Origin: Haliotis rufescens | Lineage: Eukaryota | Assembly (NCBI RefSeq): GCF_023055435.1 | Contig: NW_025964361.1 | Coordinates: 58,714,001-58,778,000, forward strand | Direction: 5' to 3' | DNA length: 64,000 bases | In this document: piece after piece, positions 24,952-39,480 of the stretch | Position numbering within the stretch: the first letter of the stretch is position 1 | How the letters are laid out: the number at the start of each line of letters is the position of its first letter | Program-made: the position numbers and the translations under genes | Notes under the pieces: generated by a model | The model's database searches: none | What the model was told of the DNA's origin: nothing | What the model saw: the letters and a program-made list of their open reading frames with translations, nothing else

Positions 24952-27900
24952 TTCAGAATATCATCTACCAGCGCATACGATGTAAATCTGCGTCCTTATA
25001 TTGCAATGATATACTGCTCTACTGTATGGTGTGCGGAGTTGTGTCCTTAAGTTGTAGTGTGGTACCTTTATTAATGAACGGAGTTCTCTCACTCAGTGTC
25101 AAACACAAAGAGGACCTGAACCCGTCGTTCTGAACCCATATGAACCATGTTCGACGCTACGACTAACTTCTTCCTCAGTATGTCGCTAAGGCGCCATAAT
25201 CCGTCTTGCATAGTTGCGCCCTTGGCCGATTCAGGATCTGCTGATCGCGGGTTCGAATCCACGAGTCGAGTAGAATATGACCATCGCTTTGCTTCAGCCA
25301 TGCATGGCTCGTTGGTGTTACCAAATTGGTAAGCTTCATGACCTGCACCATTTCAGCTGACTGGCCGTGAAATTACAAATATATACTGTTCAAAGCCGTA
25401 TTTGACCCATCTGAATCCCACCCAATATCACGATAAAACACACATTCAACTTACGAATACTTTTTTATTGTACAAATAGCCTGGGAGGATTGTATCAAAT
25501 TTAAACTCACAGACAGATGTGAATCTTATACATGTATTGATAACCTTAACTTTAATTATTGTGATGATGATATGGACAATATGGCTTAAAAATAAGACGA
25601 ATCGTATAATTGTGTAATCAAAAGGCCATTTGTTTACCCGGCCCATTTTGTGTGTATCGGGGCAAAAAGGTCAGATGCATCTACACCTTTCTTTCCTTTT
25701 CAAACTGCTGCACAATACCATGTATAACAAAATAGAATCTCACCACAACTGTTGTAAAGAAAATAAATTAAAGGCAGAATAACAATTTGTTAAAATTACA
25801 TTTCATTAAAAAATATATATCTTAAGAGAGCATATTCCTACATCTGCCAAAATATAACAGAGTACATGTTAGCTTTAATGACAATGAGAGGAGATTTAAG
25901 TTAAAGAAACTATCACGATATTGTAAATTAAAACATCACAGATGGACATACTATTTATTATAATGTACATCCTATTCTCACATGCACCTCATGTGGTTGT
26001 CATCTTCATGAACATAGAAAGTATGGATATAAACAATATACATATTTACAAATATGAATGATATGTTCAATTGATACTGAATTACTAGCATTGTTTCCGC
26101 AGGGCATACATCCGCGAATCTCCAGACATGCTACACTATTCTTGTATGTTTCTCACATTACACGTTATCATTTAACATACCATTGCATAAACACGTGTAA
26201 ATAACAGGCCAGTGTCACTAGGTCAAACGAACTGAATGTTTAATGAAAAGCGATATAATTACTTCAACATAGGAGATTCGGGTTCTTAGGACAGTGTTCA
26301 TCAATGGTCAGTCACAAGGTAAAACCTCATGCAAATTTGATCAAGTTTAATTAAGGTCAGGGTGTGTTAAACGTAAACATAGAACTTTCAATCTAAGTGT
26401 TGCTTATCCCACCGTTGGGGTTATATTATGGTTATCGTGTTTACCGTCACTGTTTTGTTCTAAAAATGGCTGGTAGTCATAACGCATTGATTTGTATCGT
26501 GCACAGAAAGGGAGTTTCCAATTCAGTACTTAATTCACATATGGTCCTCCAGTCTCTGGGTATCGCTCGATGCCTACCTTTACGAAGAAAATATGGGAAC
26601 TACGAATGTGACATAAGGTATTCAACGATGGCAAAATGACCTGGGTAGCATTTACATGAAATACCAATTCATAATGCAACTAATTTAGGTGATATATTCA
26701 TTTTAACTATTTATATAAACTAAGTAAATGTAAAATATCTTAAATGTGTTCATTGAAATTCCGGTAAATAGAGGTTCATTAACGTCTTTAATTGCTTCTG
26801 ACAATCTTCCATGCCGCCTTAAACATTGCATCTTCAAGCCTCTTGTTTCAATATGGCATCACCTCCTACTAACAGACCATGTTTCAGACGCTCTAGAGAT
26901 GGTGAAAATGACACGGTTCACACAGTTGGCTCGGGTGTACCTTAGTTGTTTGCGTAGTGAGGTCTGGTCTTTGATTGGGATTATCAGAGAGAACAAGTGA
27001 TCTGGATGGGGATTTCATATCAGGACTAGCACCATTTATAAACCTCTCCTTGCGGAGACTACGTGTCTGTTGTGATCAAATACCATACATACTGTGTGCA
27101 ACATGTCGTTCCCTAATTTGTTTTGGAACTTTGTCATTTGAACCACGAGTGTCCACATACATGAAGAATTAAAAAAAAAAAACGCCAGAGGGTTATCAAT
27201 CTCGACAATATGCCGAAACATATTGCATGGCGCGTTAAAGGCAACATGGTAATGAATTTAATTTAACTGATCACTGAAGATCCGTGATGACACAAGGTGT
27301 TCGCGAAAAGGGTAAGCATTTCCTGCTCTACCGGAAGTAGACTAATCATTCTTCTTTTCTTGTCGATTATACGATATTATGTGTTTGAATACATGGATGT
27401 GCAAGAACTGAATATGTCTGTTTGAATTCCTTATGTGGAAATATTGTGCTTCCAGGTTATATGTTAAATATGTCATTCCGATTAAACACCAGTATTCGAG
27501 AACCACAAATTCATGTCCGTAAATATGGACAAGTATATGTACATATAAAATGTTGAAATACTAATCGCAATAGTTGACAACAAATGCAATATTTATTAAT
27601 TTCTTTAAAAAAACGTCAAAACATGTAACTTTCCAACAGGAAATTAAAACTAGTATTTGATCAATGCACATAGCCGGTGTGAAATACTATAAATGATCAA
27701 ATTGGTCAGATCTTACTTAATAAATCTCTCAATATTCCTTGCTGTTGATCACCCAGCCAACGAATATAAAATGAGACATCTGGAATGATTCTCAGTAGTC
27801 ATGCATATTGTCTCCTGAGCATAAAGCTAAAACTGCAGATTTAATACGTATACGTAATTAATACATATATCAAACTGTAAGAGAGTATACGTACCATGGC

Positions 27901-27959
27901 TCATAGTACTCACTTCATTTAGTTTTAAATCATTATTATCTTCGTTTCCACACCCCGAA

Positions 27960-30900
27960 TTATGCTAAAGGTGTGTATGCGTGCTCGTCTGGAGGGGGAG
28001 CCGAAGATTTGGAATCAGGTGGTCCATTTTGTAAGGGAGCGGCCGTTGCTGCCGTTGGGGAATATGGTGGCAGAGGCATCGGTGGATATTGTGGCCCCGC
28101 CATCGGGGAACTGGGTTGTCCCGCCATGACGGTGGAATACGATGGGGGTGGCTGTGCCATTGCTGTTGGTTGGGGGTAGTAGATTGGGGGTTGAGCTGGA
28201 TAGTTGTAGCCTTGGTTGACGGTTGTTGTGTTTACTGTGCCTGAGTGGGAGAAACATTGTGTAAATAGAAGCAGCAGAACCATTTCCATATTCATAAAAC
28301 ATCTCTGCCCTAGCCAGTGTCGATTATAAGCAAACATCTCCAAGACCCACTTGCACAAAGCGATCTTAGCGCTAAAATGATCGTAACTCCCATACATGAA
28401 CATAGGCTTACGATAGTCTTAGCGCTAAGATCGCTTTGTGCAAGTGGGCCCTGATCTTAAATCAGACAGTTGCAGAGATTATCATACAGATCCATGTACG
28501 ATGTTTCTCTCATGAGGATATGGTGACAAACATGTGTTCTAGATTATGAGTGAGCGAATTTGATTTTACCCCGCTTTTAGCAATATTCCAGCAATATCAC
28601 GGCGGGGGACACCAGAAATGTGCTTCACACATTGTACCCATGTCGGGAATCGAACCCGGGTCTTCGGCGTGACGAGCGTCTAGATTATGAAGACCTGTGG
28701 TATGGACATGTACATTCTGGGGCGGTCGGGTAGCCTAGTGGTTAAAGCGTTCGTTCGTCACGCCAAAGACCCGGGTTCGATTCCCGACATGGGTACAATG
28801 TGAGAAGCCCGATTTTGGTGTCCCCCGTCGTGATATTACTTGGATATTGCTAAAAGCGGCGTAAAACCATATTCACTCACTCACTCATATGTACATTCTG
28901 ACCCATGAACATCCGGGTATTCAGCAACCCATGCTTGCCGTATTATGCTTGTCGTAAGAGGTGACTAACGGGATCGGGTGGTCAGGCTCGCTGACTTGTT
29001 TGATGCATGTCATTGTATCCAAGTTGCGTCAATCGGTACTCACTGGATCGTCTGGTCCAGAATCGAATATTTACAGACCGCCGTCATATAGCTGGAATAT
29101 TGCTGGGTACATTCTATGTAGCGGGACATACTTAGGTCAGATGCCACACGTGTAACGGGACATTCTTAGGTCAGATGCCACAAGTGTAACGGGACATTCT
29201 TACGTCAGGTGCCACACGTGTAACGGGACATTCTCAGGTCAGGTGCCACACGTGTAACGAGACATTCTTACGTCAGATGCCACACGTGTAACGGGACATT
29301 CTTACGTCAGGTGCCACACATGTAAAGGGACATTCTTACGTCAGGTGCCACACGTGTAACGGGACATTCTTACGTCAGGTGCCACACGTGTAACGGAACA
29401 TTCTTACGTCAGGTGCCACAAGTGTAACGGGACATTCTTACGTCAGGTGCCACACGTGTAGCGGGACATTCTTACGTCAGGTGCCACACGTGTAACGGGA
29501 CATTCTTACGTCAGATGCCACATGTGTAACGGGACATGTCTATAAATAAGCAGTCTCACCTGTTGATATGACAGCAAGTTGGTTGGTGGTCATCAAGCGA
29601 CCCTGTGTCCGTGATCGCCTACAGCAGCAGATACATGTTACAATCACGGCGATGAGAGCCAGGCTCCCAAACCCGCTCCCCGTGTATACACCTGTACTCG
29701 AGTAGCTGCAACGGTGATTGAACTTTGTTTGTTATATTTCACGAGTATATAGTAATAATAATATACACACGCGCTAAAAATCAACCAGATACACACAACA
29801 CAGACAAACAGAGAGAGACACACACATGCACAACTCAAACACGAACACACATCAACACACACACTGACACACACACACAGATACACACACTGACACACAC
29901 ACATTTTCACATTCACAAACACACGCAAAATCACACACATCACAGACACACTTACACATACAACTACACATTCACAAATACACACACATCCACAAACAGA
30001 ATCAGAATCAGTTTATTCTCAAAAACCACAAAAGGTGGTACAGAGTATATTACAATAAATAATTATGTATATGTACAAAAAGCAGACAGGATGGCAGTAA
30101 ATAACAACATACACACACGGCNNNNNNNNNNNNNNNNNNNNNNNNNNNNNNNNNNNNNNNNNNNNNNNNNNNNNNNNNNNNNNNNNNNNNNNNNNNNNNN
30201 NNNNNNNNNNNNNNNNNNNNNNNNNNNNNNNNNNNNNNNNNNNNNNNNNNNNNNNNNNNNNNNNNNNNNNNNNNNNNNNNACANNNNNNNNNNNNNNNNN
30301 NNNNNNNNNNNNNNNNNNNNNNNNNNNNNNNNNNNNNNNNNNNNNNNNNNNNNNNNNNNNNNNNNNNNNNNNNNNNNNNNNNNNNNNNNNNNNNNNNNNN
30401 NNNNNNNNNNNNNNNNNNNNNNNNNNNNNNNNNNNNNNNNNNNNNNNNNNNNNNNNNNNNNNNNNNNNNNNNNNNNNNNNNNNNNNNNNNNNNNNNNNNN
30501 NNNNNNNNNNNNNNNNNNNNNNNNNNNNNNNNNNNNNNNNNNNNNNNNNNNNNNNNNNNNNNNNNNNNNNNNNNNNNNNNNNNNNNNNNNNNNNNNNNNN
30601 NNNNNNNNNNNNNNNNNNNNNNNNNNNNNNNNNNNNNNNNNNNNNNNNNNNNNNNNNNNNNNNNNNNNNNNNNNNNNNNNNNNNNNNNNNNNNNNNNNNN
30701 NNNNNNNNNNNNNNNNNNNNNNNNNNNNNNNNNNNNNNNNNNNNNNNNNNNNNNNNNNNNNNNNNNNNNNNNNNNNNNNNNNNNNNNNNNNNNNNNNNNN
30801 NNNNNNNNNNNNNNNNNNNNNNNNNNNNNNNNNNNNNNNNNNNNNNNNNNNNNNNNNNNNNNNNNNNNNNNNNNNNNNNNNNNNNNNNNNNNNNNNNNNN

Positions 30901-32666
30901 NNNNNNNNNNNNNNNNNNTACAGCAGTATCTGTTGTAGGTTGATCCACAACACGAATCTGAGCAGTAGATGCTCTTTATGCTCGAACTGTAGCTACTCCT
31001 CTCATAACACACTTCGAAAGCATACGCTGAAGGAAGAAACAATGGGTTGTTAATAATGGACTGATTTTCGAGTGATGCCCTTCAATAACAGGAATTATAG
31101 CATGTCTCAGAAGAGGCACGTGTCACAATATAAACACAAGCTATGTAAATGCTGCAACCCATGTTTGATATGTATACATAAGTCCGTTTTTAATTTCAGT
31201 ATTTTATAATGGTATGAATTAATGTTTATCATTTATTTAAATTATTCGTTTATGTATATGTGCACTAAAGTAAATAACATTGATAAGTGTCAGGCATTAG
31301 AAGCTCCATACACTACGACACAAAAGGGTTTTGTTCTGGAAACTGTTTTACACATAACAATATGACTGTAGTCTTTGTAACAGTGGTCCTGTTTCTATAT
31401 TATTTGTATCGTTTTCTGGACCTTTAAGTTTTCATGTCAACACCAATGGTATTATGAAACAGGAAGCGATATTTACATCAGCCAGTTGGGCCTATTTACC
31501 AATCCCTTTCAAGTTGAATGAAATATGTTAACACTCAGTGTCGGGCCTTGTGTGGATCAGCCTTTGTTTCTCCACGCTTCATCAACGCCATGGCCAAGAC
31601 AGAGAACACTGCTCTCCACTCCTGGCTGGTGATTACGCGTTGTTATGGTGTACACGGTTAACTGAACAACCCAGCTGATGTGTATACGGTGACGCGGGTA
31701 TCCTAGATCTGCGTGTGACTGGTGAATATACGACGATAACACTGACGATAACACTGATCTCTGCTTAAACAGTCCTCTGCTCTGCTTATACAGTCCTTCC
31801 AACCTTTCCCTCACAAATATGACTAATGATAATTTATGGCTACGATAGAAAACATAGTCATGATTTGTCACAGTCAGTATTACTAATAAAAGAGGTTGAA
31901 CAAATTTTATTCCACTCTACTTAAAAGGGATTCGTAAATATGCTTTACGGTATATAAATACCGCTCCCTGTTAATTCCAGTGTTGACATCAAAACTTTAA
32001 GGCCAAGAAACAATACAAATTATATAGTATTATGACCACTCCTCTTGTCAAAAATACGGACTGTGATATATTTAGACTCATTGTACAAGCCTACCACTAT
32101 TTTCTATAAAAAAACACATGGACAGACATAAGTATGTGGTGGCTGACAACTATAGTTAAATTCCCCTGACCATACTGTTTTCAGATCAAAATTGTGCAGC
32201 AGTACATATAGCTTCTTTTGTTAGGATAAGGAGGACAAGTAGTGATGTGAAGTGGAGACTCTAAAGAAAAAACGCACTGTCATGCTGTAATATTTGAAAT
32301 ATGTCATATGTTTTACAACGCTTTTTCTTTATATCTATATTCATATTTCCACGTCCTCAGTAACAACACATTGTTGATTCTTAATATTGATAATTTATAA
32401 ATAATTATTTTTGCCACATTAATAACATCATCTACGGTCCTACAAATACTATACCACTCCCCCGCCATCCACACAGAAACACCCACCCACTCCATCCCAC
32501 CCCATTGTGGTCTTGTGGATAGAGCGTGAATGGCAGGTAGTTCGATCCCCAAGTCGCGTCATACTACAAAACGTTGAAAGATGGTACTTGTCACATAGAT
32601 GATAGGGGAATCTCAGTGTGATAGCATTATAAAACCGGCATATGAATAGACAAGCAAAAGCACACG

Positions 32667-32703
<37 letters not shown>

Positions 32704-33578
32704 GCGCACACGCACACGCATACACACACGTCGCTATATGAATGGCATGAGCTTGAACTCGCAATTTAAGACACTACACCATTCCCCCTGCCAAGTATTT
32801 CGTGATAATTTGATGCAACTTGGTCTATTGTGTTACATTTCAGAAGTGATGTAGCTGATCGGATGGCCTCTGTGTCATCGTAATCCAAGTGGAAGTTGCT
32901 CATAACATTAATCACTGGGTTGTCTGCCCCAGATTCGCTTATTTACAGACCACCGTTATATAGATAGTATATTGCTGAATGCGGCGTTAAACAACAAACA
33001 AATCGGGGGGGGGGGGGGGGGGGGGGGTAATGTAAGTGCGAACTCTTGAACTTGGTAATGGTTCAGAACTCATTTGTAGTGACAATGGTATTATTTGAGT
33101 GCGGTGTTACTTACAGTATTATTTAGACATGTAGGTGTCTGCTTTGCTTTTTTTAAAACAGCGCCTGGCCAGAAGTATAAAAACTTATAATTATATATAT
33201 TATAAATTATATAATACTTATATATGACGCGGAACAAGCAAAAGTTACAAATATTTAAAGGTTAGGGGTAAATAAAACTCGTAGCTGGAAAATGGGTTAC
33301 AGGCGGAAATATTTCCCACATAGATACAAGACCTATGAATTGGTGTCAGCTAAGGGTTAGTTTTGTTAAGCTGATTTCATACAGTGAGTGGCTGCTTGTC
33401 GTGGATGTGTTATACAACATTTTCCATAAATGTATATGTGCAGTGACTCAAGAGACCACGACGTGATTCCTTGTATCTAGATTGCCTACATGATTCTAGT
33501 TATGATGACTATATACACTGAATACTCACAGGCGGTGATAAAAGGTAGAATAATCCACAAAAACTTCAGGGAAATCAT
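27960..33578 (-). CDS. Gene D: CYYR1/Shisa-like single-pass membrane protein, 4 exons (33530-33578, 31026 running into gap at 30918, 29560-29705, 27960-28240)
   Basis: Signal MISLKFLWIILPFITASYA; ectodomain FEVCYERSSYSSSIKSIYCSDSCCGSTYNRYCC; TM GVYTGSGFGSLALIAVIVTCICCC followed by RR; tail with PPIY, PPSY, LPPY ending DEHAYTPLA*. The exon 2 donor lies in the N gap. Confidence 0.85.
28344..28450. mobile_element. 107-bp MITE, same family as 10860-10966
   Basis: Near-identical TIRs and internal sequence. A diverged partial relative lies at about 42540-42625. Confidence 0.75.
28550..28678 (-). mobile_element. SINE family 1 with 12-bp TSD
   Basis: TSD tctagattatga at 28538-28549 and 28679-28690. 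Confidence 0.9.
28720..28888 (+). mobile_element. SINE family 1, full length, 12-bp TSD
   Basis: A box tagcctagtgg, B box ggttcgattcc, TSD atgtacattctg at 28708-28719 and 28889-28900. Confidence 0.9.
29123..29537. repeat. 34-bp minisatellite, about 12 copies (gggacattcttacgtcaggtgccacacgtgtaac)
   Basis: Head-to-tail units about 20 bp from the gene D exon 3 donor. Confidence 0.95.
30122..30918. other. Assembly gap (others at 34448-34613 and 41864-42003)
   Basis: N runs. Confidence 1.
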
Positions 33579-35438
33579 GGTTATCAGCGTCTAGATATCC
33601 GACATTCACCCACTTGGGTTGCCTAGATCCCGGATGTAGAGGTACAACCGACCTTCCCGCCTGTGACCTGTGACCCGTGAGGACACAGTGGAGCATAACG
33701 CAGCACAATACCTACACCAGGCTTTCAATACACAACCCGGTTCGTCACTGCTTATTTCGAAATCCCTTCTATCCTCAACGCATGACAGGATCTAAGTAAC
33801 CAGCAGGCCTCGTGTGCGTCACACCTACACTTACATGACATTGCACAATATATGACAGAAGGAATAATGCCTGAGGAGGATTCTTTAAGAAAGACATCCA
33901 CACCGTCTATGCGATCATATATCATGGCTGTGTAAATACATGTGCCAGGCTGGCATCTACCCAGGTTATATCCGCTCCGTGTTGTAAACACATGACTGGT
34001 CCCATTAAACCTGTGTGTCTCGCATACCGCCTGTATGGGGTTCGGGAGAAGTGAAGTGGACATTCAGAGTGCGGTTAGTGAAGTAGTGCGTCGCGTCTTG
34101 CAGTATTGCACCAATACTGCCGGAAGGACAAGCATCTCATCCGTGATGAGGAAGTTGATTCATTACTGCGATTGATGAATCATAAACCTGTTGCTGATAC
34201 GTATAAAGAGGAAATAATTTGACGTGTATTTCTCATTTACTTTGTTTCATTTTTGTTGCCGTGTTGTAAATGCGCTATCGTGTCACTGGATTTACTGGTC
34301 TTACAATCACTTGATTGTCTGGTTTGTTTACAAGCCGTCGTCGCATGGTAGCAGTACTTCTTTTCGGCATCGGGCACAATTGTTTCCAGTTGTTGTTGCT
34401 ATCGGTAGAACAGGACATATGCTTACTCTTTTCGCGAACACCTTGTGNNNNNNNNNNNNNNNNNNNNNNNNNNNNNNNNNNNNNNNNNNNNNNNNNNNNN
34501 NNNNNNNNNNNNNNNNNNNNNNNNNNNNNNNNNNNNNNNNNNNNNNNNNNNNNNNNNNNNNNNNNNNNNNNNNNNNNNNNNNNNNNNNNNNNNNNNNNNN
34601 NNNNNNNNNNNNNACCTTCACACACCCAATATGCCCGTTGCCTGTCAATACAGTAACAGGCCTATTCTACCCCGGAATGCTCACGGGGCTATTTCAAATC
34701 TTGATTCAGCAACCTTTTCTTGGATTATTTCGTCATGATATCTACACACTCCATTTTTTCTGATCATGTATGATGTTATAAAGTAGTTTATAATCGTGTT
34801 ATCGGAAAAGTGAGGTGCATACTATATAAACCGCACAGTGTCACACTATGGCAAACAATGCATCACGGATGTGATACAAACTATGACCCGTACAACTTCC
34901 TACATAAACACCAAGTGTTCCTCATAATATCCTGTATAGTTTGGTTGCAACCTATAGGCTTGAATAATACAGTCATATGGGGATGCTTTTGGTCATGATT
35001 TTCAAGAAACTTCTTGACGCCTGTATCAAATGGGAGGTTTGCATTTATTTCTGAATTGAGGAAACAATGAGTTAATCCAGAAATCTGTACGAAAAAGAAT
35101 TCAGAATGAAACCAACAAACAACAAATGGTATACAATTAACAGTTGTAATATCAAATGTACTAGGTTTACAAATGAATACAAAAAATACTGCAAAGTAAG
35201 TACAATGACAGTACACAAGAGAGTGTCAGTACCAAAGTCAATGGCAGTACTATTAAAATGGCAGTATCAAATATGAAAATAGAGGAAATAGCAAAACGTC
35301 AGTGATAATAATATTCACCTAGCAGCAACAGTGGTCAAGCTTCCAAAATAGGCCTAGGTTGGATATCCAGGGTGAAAAGTGATCTTCACTCAAAAGCTGG
35401 TCTTGGTGTAATGTGGGACGAAATGTGAGATGATATAG

Positions 35439-35599
35439 TGAGTGAGTATGGGTTAACGCCGCTTTTAGCAATATTCCAGCGATATCACGGCGGGGGACAC
35501 CTAAAATGGGCTTCACACATTGTACCCATGTCGGGAATCGAACCTGGGTCCCCGGCGTGACGAGCGAACGCTTTAACCACTAGGCTACCCGACCGCCCC
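35439..35599 (-). mobile_element. SINE family 1, full length, 12-bp TSD
   Basis: TSD gagatgatatag on both sides. Confidence 0.9.
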
Positions 35600-36572
35600 G
35601 AGATGATATAGCCACGCGTTGGCCCCCTTATTTAGTCTCACCAGCTTGCAGAACTTTCCATAACGGACTGGATTGGTCTATGCTGTTGTGCAACTTTCCA
35701 GACAACATCACCTTATAAATATAGTAACCTCTACGCCACAGCTTATATCAAACAAATACATTCTTGATAAATAATTATTTTTAAAACACTGAATCTACGC
35801 AAAAACAATCTAACACAATTCCAACATTGTTTTACAATACACAACCATAAAACATTATGAAGGAGTATGATTGTAGGACTTACACTAGAAAATCGCATTA
35901 ATGTTTGATTGACCTCCAGAATTCATTTCATATCTGACTTCTTGCAGCATTTTCATATACTACCCAATTTCAGTTTATAACTCGTATATTATCATTTTTT
36001 ATTCGCATTTAGCTGGTAGGTACTGTTTGCAATAGGTCGGATCGTTCGTTGTTCTGAATCTGTGAATCTGTGAATCTTTTGACAGTTATGTGGTGCATGA
36101 GGACATCCTTGATGGTCCAGCCAAGAAGTCCATGACGATCCTCCCTGTGTGCGGCCTAGCATTGTCGTGCTGTAAGAGTATTCCCTGTTACTGTTGGTGA
36201 AGGGTATATCAGTGTGTTGGCTTTTTACGCCGCGTGTAACAGTATTCCGGTTATATCAGGGCGTGTGGTATAGACGTTTACCACTTTAGTAAAACCCACG
36301 AGCATGAGTAAATGTATAGTGCTGACAAACCTAGAAACATCTCGGGGCGAACCGGAATTCGAACCCACAATCATAGGTTTCCGGCGTGCCCAAGGGACGC
36401 AACTCTGCATATCGATTAGACGACTTGGCCACCCGTGTCCCTGGCCGTTGAGGTTGCCACGGATAAAAAGTCCCGTCCGTCAGTTGCCACAAATTCCTCC
36501 CCAAACCATCACCCATGGGTAATACTACTAAACACAATATTTGAAGTTGCAAGTTCGATTCAGGTCACTGGA

Positions 36573-36852
36573 AGGGGACACAGGTGGCCTAGTCGTCTAA
36601 GGCGCCGCGATTCGCTGTGCAGAGTTGCGTCCCTTGGGCACGCCAGAAAAATATGATTGTGGGTTCGAATAATAATCGACCCGATTATGTTTCTAGGTTT
36701 GTCAGCACCATTTCCGTGCTCGTGGGTTTCACCGAAGTGGTAAAACGTCTGAGACCTGCATCACTTCGGGCTTTTCACCCACATTAAGCTGACACGTTGT
36801 GGTATAACTAGAATACTGTTAAAAGCGGCGTTAAACCAAACTCACTCACTCA
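36573..36852 (+). mobile_element. SINE family 2
   Basis: Near-full copy, head-to-head with the minus copy at about 36215-36440. Confidence 0.85.
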
Positions 36853-37004
36853 CATACAATTCAAATGAAAAAAACAACAACCAGGCGTTACAGTTCAAAT
36901 GTAAAACCTCTCCGCGGGTCTCAATTGAAAGTAATACCTCTCACAAGGATACTGTGTGACAGCAAGATACCTACAATACTAAGGCAAAACTAGCAGTAGG
37001 TTTA

Positions 37005-37129
37005 TAAGTAAAGGAGATACCACTCCTTAGGATTACTTGAGATTGTAAACCCTGATAGGAGGGGTGTTCCCGTATGTCAGGGTTTACAATCTCAAGCAAT
37101 CCCGAGGAGAAGTGTTTTGTCCTACTTAC
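37005..37129. repeat. Fold-back inverted repeat
   Basis: ctccttaggattacttgagattgtaaaccctga pairs with tcagggtttacaatctcaagcaatcccgaggag. Confidence 0.8.
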
Positions 37130-39200
37130 AAAGCGACTCATCACATAGATAATTTTTTATGTGGTTTTACAATTTCAACCAAAACCGATGAGTCGTGTTT
37201 TATCCAAACTATGCAACTCTAAATGCAAGAACTACCAGAAAAAAATAAGAAAGTAACGAGATAGCGATAGGAATTCGACCAAAGCGTGCGAGAGAAAAAA
37301 ACACCTTCAGCATGGACCAACTGGAGTCACGACAAGTAAAATTGAGCATCACCTACCGGCTCAGTGGGAACACGGCGGGTTACACAACTAAACACGATGT
37401 GTGCATGAAATGCTTATGTTGTCAAAAGTAATTCAGGGATTTCTCTGGTAAATATATCCAGCGATTTCGTGTAATCCCTGAATATTTTAGGGATTACATG
37501 GAAGCCTTGACCAAAACAGAGTTAGCATCAGGTTGCTGAAAGGTTGAGGGATTTCACGAAGTCCCTAGTTCCACAATCTTTCTACAACATATACACATTC
37601 TTGTTCTTCATGTCATGTCAAAGGCATTTAACATGTTTTGAATCTTAAATCTCATTGTTAATATCCTCACTGGAACCGTATACATGTATGTGGCAGTCAT
37701 GTCACAATTAGTGTACTTCCATACGTGTAAAGTAATGTAGGGTGGTAAGGAAACTCACCGAATGTCTTCCGAGAAGAAGTATACTAAGACGAGTTGATAA
37801 GTTACAACTATCAGAGGCTTGGGGAATTTGTCAACGAGCCATGATATATTTGAACTTAGAAGGCACAAGGGTGAGATTCTATTTTATCATCTTCCAACGT
37901 TTTGTGTTTGTAAACAGTAATATCCAGTGTCTTGACTGTACATGCGTGGCCGGGATTAATGACCTCATATGATTGTGACGTAATGGGGACGCCAAAATGG
38001 TCTGCAAAGGGTTGTGCACTCTCCTACCAAGAGTTCCATGGGACCAGCATACACAGTCCATTCAAGATATTCTATATGTTTTTGATCTGTTTCATTTTTG
38101 ACAAGTCTACATATCATATGTTATAGAATGTTATAGAATGTTTAACTTTCATTGAGAAATATCCAAAATCATGAAAAACTATTTCCATTTGCGTAGTTAT
38201 CCTATGTTTACATTGGTTGTACGGCTCCACGTGCTGTCATCGAAGCATTACGAAGAGCTAGCGATACGGTCAGTTTGATGTGTAAATATGTATCGTGATG
38301 TCGCAGCCACTGTGATGTCACTGTCGCAGTTTTAGTAGCATAGTTTTATAATTATGCAAAACAACATTTAAAGAGCCCCAAAGTACTTGCATTAGTCCGT
38401 TCTATTCTGATTTCTGAAAAAGCGCGTTTGTTTACCAACAAGAGAAAAGTCCGGTCACGTGATATGCAAATGAGCGTTTGGCAGTGGTGTTATGCCGGAG
38501 TGTGAGGGTTGGGATGCAATGTCGTTGTAGCAATATCTCCTAGGAGATATTGGTTGATCTCACCCAAGCGATATATCCCGTTTAAGCCGGTATTGGATGA
38601 TAAATCATGTTTACTTCGATTGTGGAGTAGGTTGGTAGCTTTGCAGATTCGCGTCGTAGCTTCGTGCCGGATTCACTCGCGGTTGCCCGATTAGTAATTC
38701 TGCTCTGTCAACACCATCCATTGGTCGTCCAGCCGCAATTCTCTGTGAAGGGTTGCGTCCCTTAGACGTATCAGATAATTCAATACCAATTCAAAGCGAA
38801 ATCCAAACCATTTATTCACAATTCTATTTCTAGACTCTCATCGACTGCCCAGCCAAGAATGAAAAAAATGTGTCAAAGACTTAAACTACATAGCGTAATT
38901 TATGACATATATAACTGCACACCGTGCAGCATAATGTTTGTTAACCATGGGCCTACCTTCAACAATACTGATAAGATTTTATCTGAATTTCAGCGACATC
39001 TTTCTATTATGACAAAACAATGACTTTGCACCCAATTTTGAGCCATATTGAGAGTTGGATACATTCATTTCTCGAACACCCAGTGTCATCGTCTTTACAA
39101 TACATAGCATTTTTATTGTATGAATATGCATTGCGTTTATTTTTCAGCATTGGCAGGATTTACCAGCAGCCGTATGAAATTATGAGCGGTGGAGGCGTGA

Positions 39201-39480
39201 TTGAGTGAGTTAGTGAGTTTGGTTTAACGCCGCTTTTAACAATATTCAAGTTATATCGCGACGTGTCAGCTTAATGTGGGAGGAAAGCCCGAAGTGATGC
39301 AGGTCACAGACGTTTACCACTTCGGTGAAACCCACGAGCACGAGTATGGTGCTGACAAACCTAGAAATATAATCGGGACGAACCGGGACTCGAACCCACA
39401 ATCATAGGTTTCTGTGCTCAAGGGACGCAACTCTGTACAGCGAATTGCGGCGCCTTAGACGACTGGGCCACCGTGCCCCC
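39201..39480 (-). mobile_element. SINE family 2, full length, 13-bp TSD
   Basis: TSD tgagcggtggagg at 39183-39195 and 39481-39493. Confidence 0.9.

Noticed and set aside
28720-28795. tRNA-like sequences with A and B boxes (also 18662, 24880-24951 and others)
   Set aside because: They continue into SINE bodies with simple-repeat tails and TSDs, so they are not called as tRNA genes.
29725-31053. Long ORFs of 296-442 aa
   Set aside because: They run through N gaps; only 30919-31026 (-) is a real exon. The same applies to ORFs over the 34.4 kb and 41.9 kb gaps.
33005-33027. Long G homopolymer, a potential G-quadruplex
   Set aside because: It is a simple run at a SINE tail with unreliable length and no supporting context.
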